Below, piece after piece: positions 10,558 to 20,738 of a DNA stretch of 64,000 nt. The DNA is from a bacterium (GTDB lineage Bacteria > Patescibacteriota > Microgenomatia > UBA1400 > UBA12108), in contig JAJYKS010000001.1 of the NCBI GenBank assembly GCA_021788365.1, positions 3,887 through 67,886 of the forward strand, given 5' to 3'. The notes under the pieces were generated by a model. That model had not been told where the DNA came from. It searched no databases and saw only the letters and a list, made by a program, of their open reading frames with translations. A program made the translations under genes and the position numbers. Numbering within the stretch: the first letter of the stretch is position 1; every line of letters starts with the position of its first letter.

Positions 10558-10564
10558 GAGCTCA

Positions 10565-11686
10565 TTATAGACGGTTTCGCCACGCTTTGGCGAGCGTCAT
10601 GCTCCCACCAATGAGGGCTACGACTGCCGGGAGTGTGAATGTAGATAGTACAAGGGTTAGCTGATTTGTCTCCCAGAATCCCGTACCCACATACGAGAGA
10701 TAGCGAGAGAGGACGGATAGCGAGTATGCAGCCACTGTCCACCGTACCCACTTGGTATCCACGAGAGCCGCAAGGGGAACGAGCCAGGTCACGTACCACG
10801 GCTGGTATTGCGTGGTGTAGTTATACAGGAGTGGAGCTGCAGCCAAGGCCGCCAATAATGTGTAGTTCGCAAGATACGTGGGAATTCTTTTTTTGAGAAT
10901 TATAAACGGTAGGTATAGCACCGTAACAAATTTGATACCGACAGAGAGCAACAGAGTAACGATAGATAGCACGCGCTTGCGGCGCGATAACAGGTAGTAC
11001 ATTGCTAAAAGAAGCAATGCAATCATACCCGCATCGTTGTGAGCATTTATCAGCCATTCAACGAGAACCAATGGGTTGAGGGCAAAAAAGAGCGCCGCTT
11101 TGTTATCGCTTAGCTTCCGTATACACCAGACCGTGAGTAGGTAGAATCCCCAGTTTTGTATTTTCAACAAGAAAAGTGCTGGAACAAACCTTCCAAGACC
11201 TAAGAGGTAGGGCGGGATGGCGAGGAGCGTCTCCACCGGCCCGTACGGCGAGGGGGTGTGTACCCAGCGCATAAAGCGAATCCAGAGATCATCGGGGAAG
11301 GCGTTCGGTGGCACGACGTGCGGATTGGCGTGATAGAGCAAAAGCTCTTTGGCAGCAAAAAGATACTTGAAACTGTCGGCGGAGAGCATGGGATAGGCAA
11401 AGACGAGTGGCAGTGAGATGGCTAGTAGCCATTTCCAGGAAAAAGTGAACGAATGAAAGAATGAAAAAATATACGCAGCAAAAGATATCGCGATAAGCAC
11501 CACAAAAATTTGCACCGACAGCGGTCGATTGAAATATATTAGGTGTTGCAAAGGCGAGAGGAGCGCGAGCCAGTAGTGGTTGCTGGAAATAGTGAGATTG
11601 AGATCAACAAAACCATATGAATAGATAAGCCAAGAAAATGCGAGGATGAGCCACGCTACATTAATCATATTTTCCGAGTAGGTCAT
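10565..11686 (-). CDS. Polytopic membrane protein, possible GT-C/DUF2029-like glycosyltransferase
   Basis: 373 aa with about 10 transmembrane segments. No catalytic motif recognised with certainty. Sits directly downstream of a polyprenyl-P-sugar synthase-like GT2. Confidence 0.45.
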   Translation of the reverse strand: MTYSENMINVAWLILAFSWLIYSYGFVDLNLTISSNHYWLALLSPLQHLIYFNRPLSVQIFVVLIAISFAAYIFSFFHSFTFSWKWLLAISLPLVFAYPMLSADSFKYLFAAKELLLYHANPHVVPPNAFPDDLWIRFMRWVHTPSPYGPVETLLAIPPYLLGLGRFVPALFLLKIQNWGFYLLTVWCIRKLSDNKAALFFALNPLVLVEWLINAHNDAGMIALLLLAMYYLLSRRKRVLSIVTLLLSVGIKFVTVLYLPFIILKKRIPTYLANYTLLAALAAAPLLYNYTTQYQPWYVTWLVPLAALVDTKWVRWTVAAYSLSVLSRYLSYVGTGFWETNQLTLVLSTFTLPAVVALIGGSMTLAKAWRNRL

Positions 11687-12413
11687 TTACACGGACGCGA
11701 AGGATCTCGAAGAGCATTTCTATGGATTCTTTTATAAAATTCCTCCGCTTACTCGAACTAGTGTCTTCGTCTCGCCATGCTACTCGTATTTCTTTAATAG
11801 GATTCCCTAGTTTTTTGGCGATGTGCAGGAGCTCGACGTCATACGCGGTTACCTTCCATCCTTTCACGTGATTTTCCCGTTTGAAAAGCATCATTTTACT
11901 GAAAATGGTCCTCGCAAGTTTGGTATCTAGTAACTTAAAACCGCACTGAGTGTCCTTAATTTCTGGTAAGAGAATTACACGACGAACTACAAGAAATATA
12001 ACTGACGCTGTTTGCCGGAGGAGAGATGCACCACCCCGACGTGCTCCGCGAGAGCCAATAACAACGGGAAATCCTTTGTTTGTCCACGGCAATAGCTTGC
12101 CGAGCTCTTCGATGGGGGTCGATTGATCCATATCGGTGAAGAGGACATACTGCCCTTTGGCAGCTTTAATCGCCGCACTAAGCGCGTATGGCTTGCCGGC
12201 ATGGGGAAGTTTGAGTACCCGTACCCGCTCGTCACGCGCCGCAAAACGGGATATCGCTGCGAGGGAACTGTCGGTCGAGCCATCGTCGGCTACAATCATC
12301 TCCCATTCGTAGGATTGTTTCTTTAGATAGGAGACAATGTGCAAAAGAACGCCGCGGGAGACGTTTTCTGCTTCGTTGTAATTGGGGAGGATAATGGAAA
12401 TTCTTGGTTGCAT
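11661..12413 (-). CDS. GT2 polyprenyl/dolichyl-phosphate sugar synthase-like glycosyltransferase (DPM1/ArnC/GtrB-like)
   Basis: 250 aa. 'ISIILPNYNEAENV...EMIVADDGSTDSS' then 'VLFTDMDQSTP'. Soluble GT2 of the type that charges polyprenyl phosphate. Confidence 0.8.
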   Translation of the reverse strand: MQPRISIILPNYNEAENVSRGVLLHIVSYLKKQSYEWEMIVADDGSTDSSLAAISRFAARDERVRVLKLPHAGKPYALSAAIKAAKGQYVLFTDMDQSTPIEELGKLLPWTNKGFPVVIGSRGARRGGASLLRQTASVIFLVVRRVILLPEIKDTQCGFKLLDTKLARTIFSKMMLFKRENHVKGWKVTAYDVELLHIAKKLGNPIKEIRVAWRDEDTSSSKRRNFIKESIEMLFEILRVRVNDLLGKYD

Positions 12414-12426
12414 AATGTGTATCTTA

Positions 12427-13950
12427 TCAGGGAGTGCCGGGATTCTCCAAGTCTATTTCGGCAACCCAGATACCGTACGAAACGTGTTCGTTGCTCACCA
12501 TTGTTCTTTTCCCACTAAAGGAATTGAGTTGTGGGTGCCCAAGGTACGAAGCGAGTGCCGGATGCGATGGACCGGTTAGGAAAAGGAGCGTTGTCGTCTC
12601 ATCGTCTTTGGGGCACGGCGCGCCAACACAAATGTCAAACACTCTCTTTTGCAAAGTATTTGATGGTGGATTGTCCGAGATTGCAAGAAAGTACTGGAAG
12701 GGAGAGGTGTAGGTCCCCTGGGTACTTACAACGTTGTAGGGCATTGACCCGGCGTGCGCCGTAATGTAGCCTGCTACGGCTTTGGCTTTTTCTGCTTGGT
12801 GGGTAGGACCGGAAGTAATGTAGCCGAGTGAGTATTGTACGGACAACACCAACACGAGTAGGAGTATCGCTAGGTTTAGTTTTTTTGCAAAGAGTGGCGA
12901 GATGAGCAGGATAACCAGCGGAATACCGAACTCTAGGTAATGCGGATGAATTGTCTCTTGGTAAAAGCCGAGTACTAACATACTGCCTATGAGCATGAGT
13001 ACGAGCGCTATGTACGCTCCGTGTTTTTTGCGACGCGTTACCCATAGCGACACCCCAACCACCAGTAGAAAACCGACGAGGGCGGGCAGGCCAGCCTTTA
13101 CGTTACCCATATCGGTTCCTACAAGGGTATTTTCGATAAGCATGGAACCCGTCCCTGCGAATTTTTGCCAGTAGAGCCATAAGGGAGGGTTGTAGCGTAG
13201 GTTGTGCTCGCGTGTTGCCGTCACAAACCCGACGAGCGCTTTGGTATCTACCCAATGGTTGCGGACCTCGAATAAAAAGAAGGGCGACATAATCATGGCG
13301 AATCCAACCAACGCGAGGAGTGTCCCTGCCAGCAAATGTTTGATCTCGCGACGCCCCGTCCATATGAGGCCGAGTGTGAGTATTCCACAGAAAACGAGCG
13401 CCATATAATGTAACTGCATCATGGTGCCAACACCGACCCCGAAGGCAAACCACCACCTACCGAGTCGTGATTTCTCAAATACGAGCTTGTCGAATACGAG
13501 GAGCATAAGAACGCTCGTCAGGGGCACCAGGTTTGGGTTCCATGAGGCACGCGTTACAGCCAAGGGGTATGGGAGAATCGCAAATAGTAGTGCAGCAACA
13601 TACCCTGCACTCCTTGAAAACCATTTTTTGCCAAGTACGTAGAGAAAATATGTGGTGAGCATGCCTGAGATGGCGATTGCGATCGCGGGCCCGACTGGAT
13701 CCATGTGCGACATGATGAGCGCCGGCGTGATGAGGTAGTAGTAAAGAGGCCCCAGGTACATATTCCCCGTTGAAGTTTGTGGGCCCAAGAGAACCGGCAG
13801 ATGTGTGTCGAGCATGCGCTTTACGATCAGCAGGTCGCGACCCTCATCCTCGAGAAATGTCATGGTGGCAGCGATACGATAGAGGCGTAGACCCAGTGAA
13901 ACTGCGAGGATTACTAAAAGAGGCCAGTTATTTTTGATCCACCGCATCAT
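12427..13950 (-). CDS. ArnT/PMT-like GT-C glycosyltransferase
   Basis: 507 aa. Loop motif 'MTFLEDEGRD' (DE motif). About 12 transmembrane segments plus a C-terminal soluble domain. Confidence 0.7.
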   Translation of the reverse strand: MMRWIKNNWPLLVILAVSLGLRLYRIAATMTFLEDEGRDLLIVKRMLDTHLPVLLGPQTSTGNMYLGPLYYYLITPALIMSHMDPVGPAIAIAISGMLTTYFLYVLGKKWFSRSAGYVAALLFAILPYPLAVTRASWNPNLVPLTSVLMLLVFDKLVFEKSRLGRWWFAFGVGVGTMMQLHYMALVFCGILTLGLIWTGRREIKHLLAGTLLALVGFAMIMSPFFLFEVRNHWVDTKALVGFVTATREHNLRYNPPLWLYWQKFAGTGSMLIENTLVGTDMGNVKAGLPALVGFLLVVGVSLWVTRRKKHGAYIALVLMLIGSMLVLGFYQETIHPHYLEFGIPLVILLISPLFAKKLNLAILLLVLVLSVQYSLGYITSGPTHQAEKAKAVAGYITAHAGSMPYNVVSTQGTYTSPFQYFLAISDNPPSNTLQKRVFDICVGAPCPKDDETTTLLFLTGPSHPALASYLGHPQLNSFSGKRTMVSNEHVSYGIWVAEIDLENPGTP

Positions 13951-14666
13951 GTGCTTTTGTGTAGTTCTTTGTAGAGCCGAAAACTCTCACGCGCAGCGCG
14001 GGCGATGACACGCCAGTTACCGCCCGTTTGGGCGCCAAATTGACGGGCATAGTGACGGACCGGGAGTTGTTTGATCCGATACCCTCTTGCTGTCGCTTTT
14101 ACCAAAAATTCGGTGACGGTGATGGCACTCTCTGTTTGGAGGGTGATACTGTCCCGCACTTTTCTCGTAAAGAGCTTGTATGCGCAATCAACGTCGCGGA
14201 CGGTAAGACCGAAAAGCACATAGTCCCAGACTTTGAGGAGTACTTGGGCGACGAAGACGCGGTGGAAGGGGTCCATGCGCTTTTTGCGATAGCCGATGAC
14301 GAGATCCGCGCTGTCTGCGGCTGCAATAAATTTCGGTAGTTCGTCGAAGCGGAATTGGCGATCGCTATCGGTAAAGAAGATCCAGTCGTATTTTGCCCCC
14401 TTCATCCCCGACTTTACTGCGGCGCCGTACCCTTTATTTTCCGTGTGGCTTATGAGGCGAATGTGCGCGTCTTTTTTGGCAAGCGAGCTAACAATCTTCG
14501 CTGTGTTGTCGCGGGAGCCATCGTTTACCACGATGATTTCGTATTGCCGTGCTACCTGGCGCGCGGCTACTGCTGCTTCGTTTACGACCGTCGCTATGTT
14601 CTCTGCCTCATTGTATGCGGGCATAAAAATCGAGAGCGAAGAAAGTTTTTCCTGCTTCTTTAGCAT
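13947..14666 (-). CDS. GT2 polyprenyl-phosphate sugar synthase-like glycosyltransferase
   Basis: 239 aa. 'LSIFMPAYNEAENI...EIIVVNDGSRDNT...IFFTDSDRQF'. 4-nt overlap with the downstream GT-C gene (ArnC/ArnT-like pairing). Confidence 0.8.
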   Translation of the reverse strand: MLKKQEKLSSLSIFMPAYNEAENIATVVNEAAVAARQVARQYEIIVVNDGSRDNTAKIVSSLAKKDAHIRLISHTENKGYGAAVKSGMKGAKYDWIFFTDSDRQFRFDELPKFIAAADSADLVIGYRKKRMDPFHRVFVAQVLLKVWDYVLFGLTVRDVDCAYKLFTRKVRDSITLQTESAITVTEFLVKATARGYRIKQLPVRHYARQFGAQTGGNWRVIARAARESFRLYKELHKST

Positions 14667-14671
14667 GAGGA

Positions 14672-16360
14672 TTATTGTACACGAGATTTTAGGAGATACG
14701 CGAGATAGCCAACCAGAGTGATCGCGGTAAGGTAATCGGCGAGTGCCCGAAGTGGAGTTTCACCAAAGTGGAGATCGACGGTACTTTTACCTGCTGGTAC
14801 GGTAATGGTTATGAGACCATACGCGGGATCGGGTGTAATAGTCGTTTTACGGCCATTTACGGTACCTGTCCACCCAGGGAAATAAAACTCCGATAGCGTG
14901 AGCGTAGCCGAGTGTTCGGCAGTTACGGTTACTACAAAATGGTTGGAGGTGCGCGCGTAAACTGGCGCGGCTGTCACCCCGTCTACTTTGGCGTAGAGCG
15001 GGCTTGATGCGTCGTTTTCTGGTACTTTGTGAACCGTGTCGGGAAGATAGTCGTACAAACTTGCGGACATCTGGTCTTTTGTTTTTGATCCTGCAAGGTA
15101 ATCCACATCGGTGTACTGGTCATAATAGCGCGGGAAGAAGAAACGGTAGGAATATATGGGAAGTGCAACGAACGTAGCAAAAAGCAGAACCATCGTCAGT
15201 TTTTTGGGTAACGTTGAGAGCAGCAGGATTATTGCGATCACCAAAGGTATACCAGCCCAAGCAACGAAGCGCCACGGGAACTGCACGTATTGCAATTCCA
15301 CGATATGTTTCCACAAAAATTCACTCTTGCCGTGGGTCAAGAATATGAGAAAACCGAACGCGGCAAGTGAGAACGCAACGAGGCCAAGTTTCTTGGTATT
15401 TTGTTTTTGATATTTTTTGTCACGTAGGAAGAAAAAGACCGTAAACATGAGTGCGACGCCAAGTAAGATCGTGTGGATATGTCCCACCATAAAGGGCATG
15501 TCATCTTTGGCAATACCCCAGACGCTCGCGTTGTAGTTCCATACATACCAGGTAAATAGCTGCCCTAGCGAAACAAAATGGTTGGAATAGGTAAAGTACC
15601 CTGAGATCAGAGATCCTGTCTGTACCAACTGTTTTTCTACTATGACTGGGATAAAGTAGAACGCCGCTATCCCGATACCCATCACGACGGCTGCCGTAAA
15701 GCGGATTATGTTACGGAACATTGGTTTTTTGTGTACGATGAGGAGCGCAATGAGCCACCCTGCTGCAATACCGGTCACTACAAACGATGAAATTATATGA
15801 GTCACGTAAATCGCTGCAAATAGGAATGGGAGCGATTTCTGCCACTTATTTGTACGTACCAGCCGGTAAATGCCGAGCATGATGAGGGGTGCCAGACTCC
15901 AGCATAAGTTCTCGGCGTACACACCGCGAATGAACGCGTTAATTGCATGGAACGGGTATAGCGTATAGAGCACCGAGGCAAGCGCGGCAAGATCATCACG
16001 CTTCGTTAGCTCTTTGGCGAACGCATACATTGCCCAGGCAGCAAGGAGAAATGTCAAAAACTCGAAAAGATTGAGACTCGCAACCAGCGAAAAGCCAATA
16101 GTGTGGAGGAGCGATGGGACTACATAGATCATGGGCGCATAGAACTCGAACCACGGATAGCCATATCCCTTGCCGAGATTTGCCGACCATCGGCAGGGAA
16201 TCTGCCCATCGCGGAAGCACTGCATAAATTCGTTCAAGCGAAAAATCTCTATGTCGTCGTGCGTATAGAAATGAAGACCTGTCAGGAGCATACGGCCAGC
16301 GAGTACGGCAACGATAAGCGCGAGAAGTAGCCATTTGTATTTTTTGACGAAATCCCACAT
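14672..16360 (-). CDS. GT-C-like membrane protein, paralog of 7514..9049
   Basis: 562 aa. 'YTHDDIEIFRLNEFMQCFRDGQIPCRWSANLGKGYGYPWFEFYAPMIY' then many transmembrane segments and a C-terminal beta-rich domain. Confidence 0.5.
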   Translation of the reverse strand: MWDFVKKYKWLLLALIVAVLAGRMLLTGLHFYTHDDIEIFRLNEFMQCFRDGQIPCRWSANLGKGYGYPWFEFYAPMIYVVPSLLHTIGFSLVASLNLFEFLTFLLAAWAMYAFAKELTKRDDLAALASVLYTLYPFHAINAFIRGVYAENLCWSLAPLIMLGIYRLVRTNKWQKSLPFLFAAIYVTHIISSFVVTGIAAGWLIALLIVHKKPMFRNIIRFTAAVVMGIGIAAFYFIPVIVEKQLVQTGSLISGYFTYSNHFVSLGQLFTWYVWNYNASVWGIAKDDMPFMVGHIHTILLGVALMFTVFFFLRDKKYQKQNTKKLGLVAFSLAAFGFLIFLTHGKSEFLWKHIVELQYVQFPWRFVAWAGIPLVIAIILLLSTLPKKLTMVLLFATFVALPIYSYRFFFPRYYDQYTDVDYLAGSKTKDQMSASLYDYLPDTVHKVPENDASSPLYAKVDGVTAAPVYARTSNHFVVTVTAEHSATLTLSEFYFPGWTGTVNGRKTTITPDPAYGLITITVPAGKSTVDLHFGETPLRALADYLTAITLVGYLAYLLKSRVQ

Positions 16361-16382
16361 GCAGTTATGCTACCATAAACAC

Positions 16383-17537
16383 ATGTGGAAACAGATGGGG
16401 ATCGTGGTAGCCGTTGCACTTGCCTCGCTCGCACTTTTTTGGCTACCCTTTTTTACCAAGACGGATACGTTCTGGGGTATCACCTTTGGTGGCCAAGGAT
16501 TACAGGTCATTTCGCAAAATTTTGACGGAGTGAACTTCCTTATCGTTGCCAAGACCCTGTACGATCCCGCTAGTCTCTCTACCCTTACTCACGCCATGGG
16601 CGTTGCCAATACTCCCCTCTATTTTACTGCTCACTACCCCCTCTTCCCTTTGCTTATCCGATTATTTTTGACCATTTCTCGCGGGCCATACGCGCTTTTA
16701 TACGCGATCATCGTTTCCAATATCCTGCTCTCCGTGGGCCTCGTAATGTTTTTCCACACGGTGGTACCCAACAAAAGATTGGCGTTGTGGTTATCGCTTT
16801 TTGCGCTACTTCTTCCTGCTCGCATGTTATCTGACCGAGCGGTGGGAGCAAACGAGCCACTCTTTCTATTTTTCTCACTCACCTCCCTTGCTGCGGCATA
16901 TAAAGGAAAACACTTCCTCGCCGGTGGTTTGGGCGCATTGGCCGTCCTCACCCGGAGCCCTGGAATCTTACTTTTTGGTGGGTACGTCCTGGCAGCTATT
17001 GCCGCTTCACCCCGAGATATTCGCACCATCGTGAAACGAATAGTCCCCTATTTGACGATCCCGGTGGCACTTTTGGCGCTTGTCGCATTTTATGGATGGC
17101 GCTATGGCAGTCCCCTCGCCTATCTCAACTCCGGGGTGAGTCTTAACCTGGAACTCCCCCCTTTCCGCGCGTTTGGCACGAATGAATCGTGGGTCTCTGG
17201 CATGTGGCGAGATGACATCTGGTACGTATACCTACTGTTTGGCATGGGGATGCTGCCACTCGTCTCCAAACTAAAACTGGGAGAGCGCTTTGAGAGTTTG
17301 GTGATCCCGCTCTATGGTGCTATCTACTATGTATCGCTCTTTTTTGTAGCACATCGAGATATTGCACGCTACTCACTTCCCCTCGCGCCACTTGTTATCC
17401 TTGGATTCTCGCCGTGGATCGCGCGGCGCGAGGTGCGGTGGCTACTCCTTCTCCTTCTTATTCCCGTCTACCTATTGGGGTGGCAATTTGTTTTGCAAAA
17501 TATCCAGCCGATTGCAGACTGGACACCGCTGCTGTAA
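16383..17537 (+). CDS. Polytopic membrane protein, unknown function (possible GT-C-like)
   Basis: The ORF track starts at a TTG at 16335. The more likely start is ATG 16383 (MWKQMGIVVAV...) or 16395. About 11 transmembrane segments. Divergent from 14672..16360. Confidence 0.45.
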   Translation: MWKQMGIVVAVALASLALFWLPFFTKTDTFWGITFGGQGLQVISQNFDGVNFLIVAKTLYDPASLSTLTHAMGVANTPLYFTAHYPLFPLLIRLFLTISRGPYALLYAIIVSNILLSVGLVMFFHTVVPNKRLALWLSLFALLLPARMLSDRAVGANEPLFLFFSLTSLAAAYKGKHFLAGGLGALAVLTRSPGILLFGGYVLAAIAASPRDIRTIVKRIVPYLTIPVALLALVAFYGWRYGSPLAYLNSGVSLNLELPPFRAFGTNESWVSGMWRDDIWYVYLLFGMGMLPLVSKLKLGERFESLVIPLYGAIYYVSLFFVAHRDIARYSLPLAPLVILGFSPWIARREVRWLLLLLLIPVYLLGWQFVLQNIQPIADWTPLL

Positions 17538-17540
17538 CGA

Positions 17541-18725
17541 TTACTTCTTCCCTCGACCTTGCTCGGGACCATGAGCCTTCCAGATGATGCGGTCGTAGGC
17601 GAAGAAGTTCCAGAACATACCGACAAAGATGCCGACCACGGCGTACATGACACCGGTGTCGACCGCTAGGTGAATTACGGGAACGGTAAAGAGTGGGCGT
17701 AGACCTATTGTAAATTGGCCCACTATCGCGATGCCCTGTTGTATGAGAATGCTCCCAGCAGAGGCTAGGTTAAATTGGATAAATTTGGATGGTATATCGA
17801 TTGCTCGTAGTTTGCGATCTGAAAATGTGTAGAGATTGCTCCAAATGAAATTGCTTACGATGGATGTCTCTATGGATAGAAAGAAAGCCAACTGAAATGG
17901 CATAACCTTGCGATAGAGATATAGAAACGTAAACTGCACGAGCGCCCCAAAACCACCGACCACGACGAACTTGAAAAGACGATTGTTGAGAATGTCGTGG
18001 AGACGTAATTTCATAATAAAGAGTAAGTTGTTGATAATATATTCCGGCCCGAGTTTCGACTTTCCTTCTGTTCGATCCTTAAATACAAAGGGAACCTCCG
18101 CAACCTTAAAGCCTGACTGTAGTGACTTTACGAGAAAACCTATCTGCCACGTATAGCCGGTAAATGTTTGGCCGCCTAGCTCGGGGATAATCTTCTCCAC
18201 CACCTTGCGGCGGATGGCGCGGTAGCCACTGGTCCAGTCGCGGACGTGTGGGTTGAGCATGACTGTTTCTATAAAGAGATTGCCGACTACCGAAAGAAAT
18301 TTCCGGTGAAAACCCCAGTTTTTCGGGATACCACCACCGTGGATATACCGACTGCCAAGGACGAGATCTGCACCGCTCTCGATGGCTTCCAGCATGGCTG
18401 GAATACGGGAGGGATCGTGTTGCAGGTCGGCATCAAACTCGAAAACAACGTCTGCATGTAGTTTGTCGAGCGAATAAATCATTCCCTTTTTGTACGCATG
18501 ACCTAAGCCACCTTTTCTCTTGTTCATGAGGATGTGAACCCACTTGTACTTGAACATGAGATCACGTACGACCGCGGCGGTGCCATCGGGCGAGCTGTCG
18601 TCTACGAATAAAAGCTGCATGTTGTACGAGCTCAGCGACTTGAAGATGGGTGCAAGCGCCAGGACAAGTGCTTTTACATTGCCTGATTCGTTATAGGTGG
18701 GTACGATGACAACAACATTTTTCAT
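17541..18725 (-). CDS. GT2 polyprenyl-phosphate glycosyltransferase fused to a C-terminal GtrA-like membrane domain
   Basis: The ORF track begins at a TTG (18782). The first ATG is 18725, giving MKNVVVIVPTYNESGNV...LLFVDDSSPDGT. The C-terminal 120 aa are hydrophobic and GtrA-like (FVVVGGFGALVQFTFLYL...). Confidence 0.75.
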   Translation of the reverse strand: MKNVVVIVPTYNESGNVKALVLALAPIFKSLSSYNMQLLFVDDSSPDGTAAVVRDLMFKYKWVHILMNKRKGGLGHAYKKGMIYSLDKLHADVVFEFDADLQHDPSRIPAMLEAIESGADLVLGSRYIHGGGIPKNWGFHRKFLSVVGNLFIETVMLNPHVRDWTSGYRAIRRKVVEKIIPELGGQTFTGYTWQIGFLVKSLQSGFKVAEVPFVFKDRTEGKSKLGPEYIINNLLFIMKLRLHDILNNRLFKFVVVGGFGALVQFTFLYLYRKVMPFQLAFFLSIETSIVSNFIWSNLYTFSDRKLRAIDIPSKFIQFNLASAGSILIQQGIAIVGQFTIGLRPLFTVPVIHLAVDTGVMYAVVGIFVGMFWNFFAYDRIIWKAHGPEQGRGKK

Positions 18726-18729
18726 ATGA

Positions 18730-19695
18730 TTATTTGTTCCGATAATACTCAATAGTCTTGCTAAGACCGGCCTCAAAGTCAATTTTTGGTTCCCAGCCGA
18801 GCAAATTTATGGCTTTTGCTATATCAGGCTTGCGACGGGTAGGATCATCCGGGAGTATTGGCTTTTTCACTAGCTCCAGTTTTTCACCGGAGATTTTCTC
18901 GGCGAGTTCTATCGCCGACAAAATCGTGAATTCGCCGGGATTGCCGAGATTCACCACTTCGCCCACCATTTTTTCATTCTGAAAAACCCGAAAGATACCT
19001 TCAACGAGGTCGTCGACGTAGGTAAAAGAACGGGTTGCAGAGCCATCCCCGTAAAGGACAAACGGTTTTTTGTGTACAACACTGTCTACGAGATTTATGA
19101 GAAAGCGGCCGTCATCGAGGCGCATACGGGGGCCATAGGTGTTGAAGATACGAACAATCTTAATTTTCGTCCCGCGCGATCGGTAATAGGCAAACGCCAG
19201 GGCTTCCATAAAGCGCTTACCCTCGTCGTAGCAGCTCCGGACACCTGTCGAGGAAACGTTGCCCCAGTAGGTTTCTGGTTGTGGGTGGACTGCGGGATCG
19301 CCATATACTTCGCTTGTCGAGGCAAAAATGATGGGGCAGCCGGCAGTGGTTGCCAGATCCAGCATGTTTTTGGCACCGACACTATTGGCGAGCATGGTCT
19401 CCACCGGGTGATTGACGTAGGAGTCGGGAGCCTCGGGGTTTGGCGAGGCGGGCGAGGCAAAGTGGAGGATAGCGGTGAGAGATTCTAGGAGAGAGATTTT
19501 AGATTCTAGGGGAGTAGTTACGTCATGCTCCAGCAGGGTAAAGTGGGGATTGCCGACAAGGTGGGTGGTGTTGTCGCGGGAGCCACTCGAGAAATTGTCG
19601 AGACAGACGACGTCGTATCCCTCCTGTATAAACCGATCACACAGGTGGCTACCGATGAACCCTGCTCCGCCGGTTATCAAAATTTTATTCATCAT
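18730..19695 (-). CDS. UDP-glucuronate decarboxylase (UDP-xylose synthase)-like SDR
   Basis: 321 aa. 'KILITGGAGFIGSHLCDRFIQEGYDVVCLDNFSSG' and 'VRIFNTYGPRM' match UXS/ArnA-decarboxylase family hallmarks. Neighbour of ugd. Confidence 0.7.
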   Translation of the reverse strand: MMNKILITGGAGFIGSHLCDRFIQEGYDVVCLDNFSSGSRDNTTHLVGNPHFTLLEHDVTTPLESKISLLESLTAILHFASPASPNPEAPDSYVNHPVETMLANSVGAKNMLDLATTAGCPIIFASTSEVYGDPAVHPQPETYWGNVSSTGVRSCYDEGKRFMEALAFAYYRSRGTKIKIVRIFNTYGPRMRLDDGRFLINLVDSVVHKKPFVLYGDGSATRSFTYVDDLVEGIFRVFQNEKMVGEVVNLGNPGEFTILSAIELAEKISGEKLELVKKPILPDDPTRRKPDIAKAINLLGWEPKIDFEAGLSKTIEYYRNK

Positions 19696-19725
19696 AAAAT
19701 TTAATTTTCAATTTTCATTTTTTCC
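19696..19725 (-). promoter_or_regulatory. AT-rich AATTGAAAATTGAAAATT-type upstream element (UXS gene)
   Basis: Minus strand ...TGAAAATTGAAAATTAAATTTT directly abuts the ATG (19695). No SD. One of four near-identical elements. Confidence 0.35.
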
Positions 19726-19768
19726 GAGCGCGAGATCATTCCCTCGACTTCGCTCGGGATGGCTATAT

Positions 19769-20737
19769 CTATATTTTTTCTAATTGTAAGTCAGCTTCGA
19801 CCATTAAGCGAACGAGTTCGTCGAAGCTGGTTTTGGGCACCCAGCCCAGCTTTTCTTTGGCTTTGGCAGGATTGCCGATCAAATGGTCTACTTCTGCCGG
19901 CCTGGTGTAGCGGGGATCGTTCCAGACCACTTTGTCTTCCCAATTCTTAATACCTGCGACGGTAAAGGCTTTTTCGGCAAACTCACGAATGGCGTGCGTC
20001 TCGCCGGTCGCGATAACATAGTCATCAGCCTCTTGCTGTTGCAGCATGAGCCACATCATCTCTACGTAGTCGCGGGCATAGCCCCAATCACGTTTACTAT
20101 CAGGGTTGCCAAGGTATAGTTTGTCAGCTTTCCCGTATTTGATTTTGGCTACGGTGCTACTAATTTTGCGCGTCACAAACTCCAATCCTCGGCGGGGAGA
20201 CTCGTGGTTGAAGAGAATGCCGGAGACGGCAAATAGATTGTACGACTCGCGGTAGTTTACCGTGATCCAGTGACCGTAAACCTTGGCTACCCCATAGGGG
20301 CTCCGTGGATAGAATGGTGTTTTTTCTGTTTGTGGTATTTCCTGTACTTTGCCAAACATTTCACTACTACTCGCCTGATAGAACTTCGCATCCGGTTTTG
20401 CCATGCGCATAGCGTCCAACATTCTGGTGACACCGAGTGCAGTACTCTCACCGGTGTACCCTGGTTGTTCCCAGCTCGCTTTTACGAAACTTTGGGCGGC
20501 AAGATTGTATATTTCATCGGGACACGCCTCTTGTATTGCTTGGTAGAGTGAGTATTGATCGATGAGGTCGCCCGACAAAAGATGGATTTTGTCTACAATA
20601 CTCTCTATACGTGAGTAGTTTGGTGTTGATGTGCGGCGCGAGAGGCCGTAGACCTCATATCCTTTTTCGAGCAAGAACTCTGCGAGGTAGCTTCCGTCCT
20701 GGCCGGTAATACCGGTAATTAAAGCTTTCTTTGGCAT
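19769..20737 (-). CDS. gmd: GDP-mannose 4,6-dehydratase
   Basis: 322 aa. '[28 protein letters not shown]' is the classic Gmd N-terminus. Conserved throughout. Confidence 0.85.
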   Translation of the reverse strand: MPKKALITGITGQDGSYLAEFLLEKGYEVYGLSRRTSTPNYSRIESIVDKIHLLSGDLIDQYSLYQAIQEACPDEIYNLAAQSFVKASWEQPGYTGESTALGVTRMLDAMRMAKPDAKFYQASSSEMFGKVQEIPQTEKTPFYPRSPYGVAKVYGHWITVNYRESYNLFAVSGILFNHESPRRGLEFVTRKISSTVAKIKYGKADKLYLGNPDSKRDWGYARDYVEMMWLMLQQQEADDYVIATGETHAIREFAEKAFTVAGIKNWEDKVVWNDPRYTRPAEVDHLIGNPAKAKEKLGWVPKTSFDELVRLMVEADLQLEKI

Positions 20738-20738
20738 A

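Noticed and set aside
19720-19760. Hairpin CCGAGCG…CGCTCGG between gmd and the UXS gene as a terminator
   Set aside because: The stem has a long (about 20 nt) loop and is followed by A-rich rather than U-rich sequence on the transcribed strand. It could still be a processing site.
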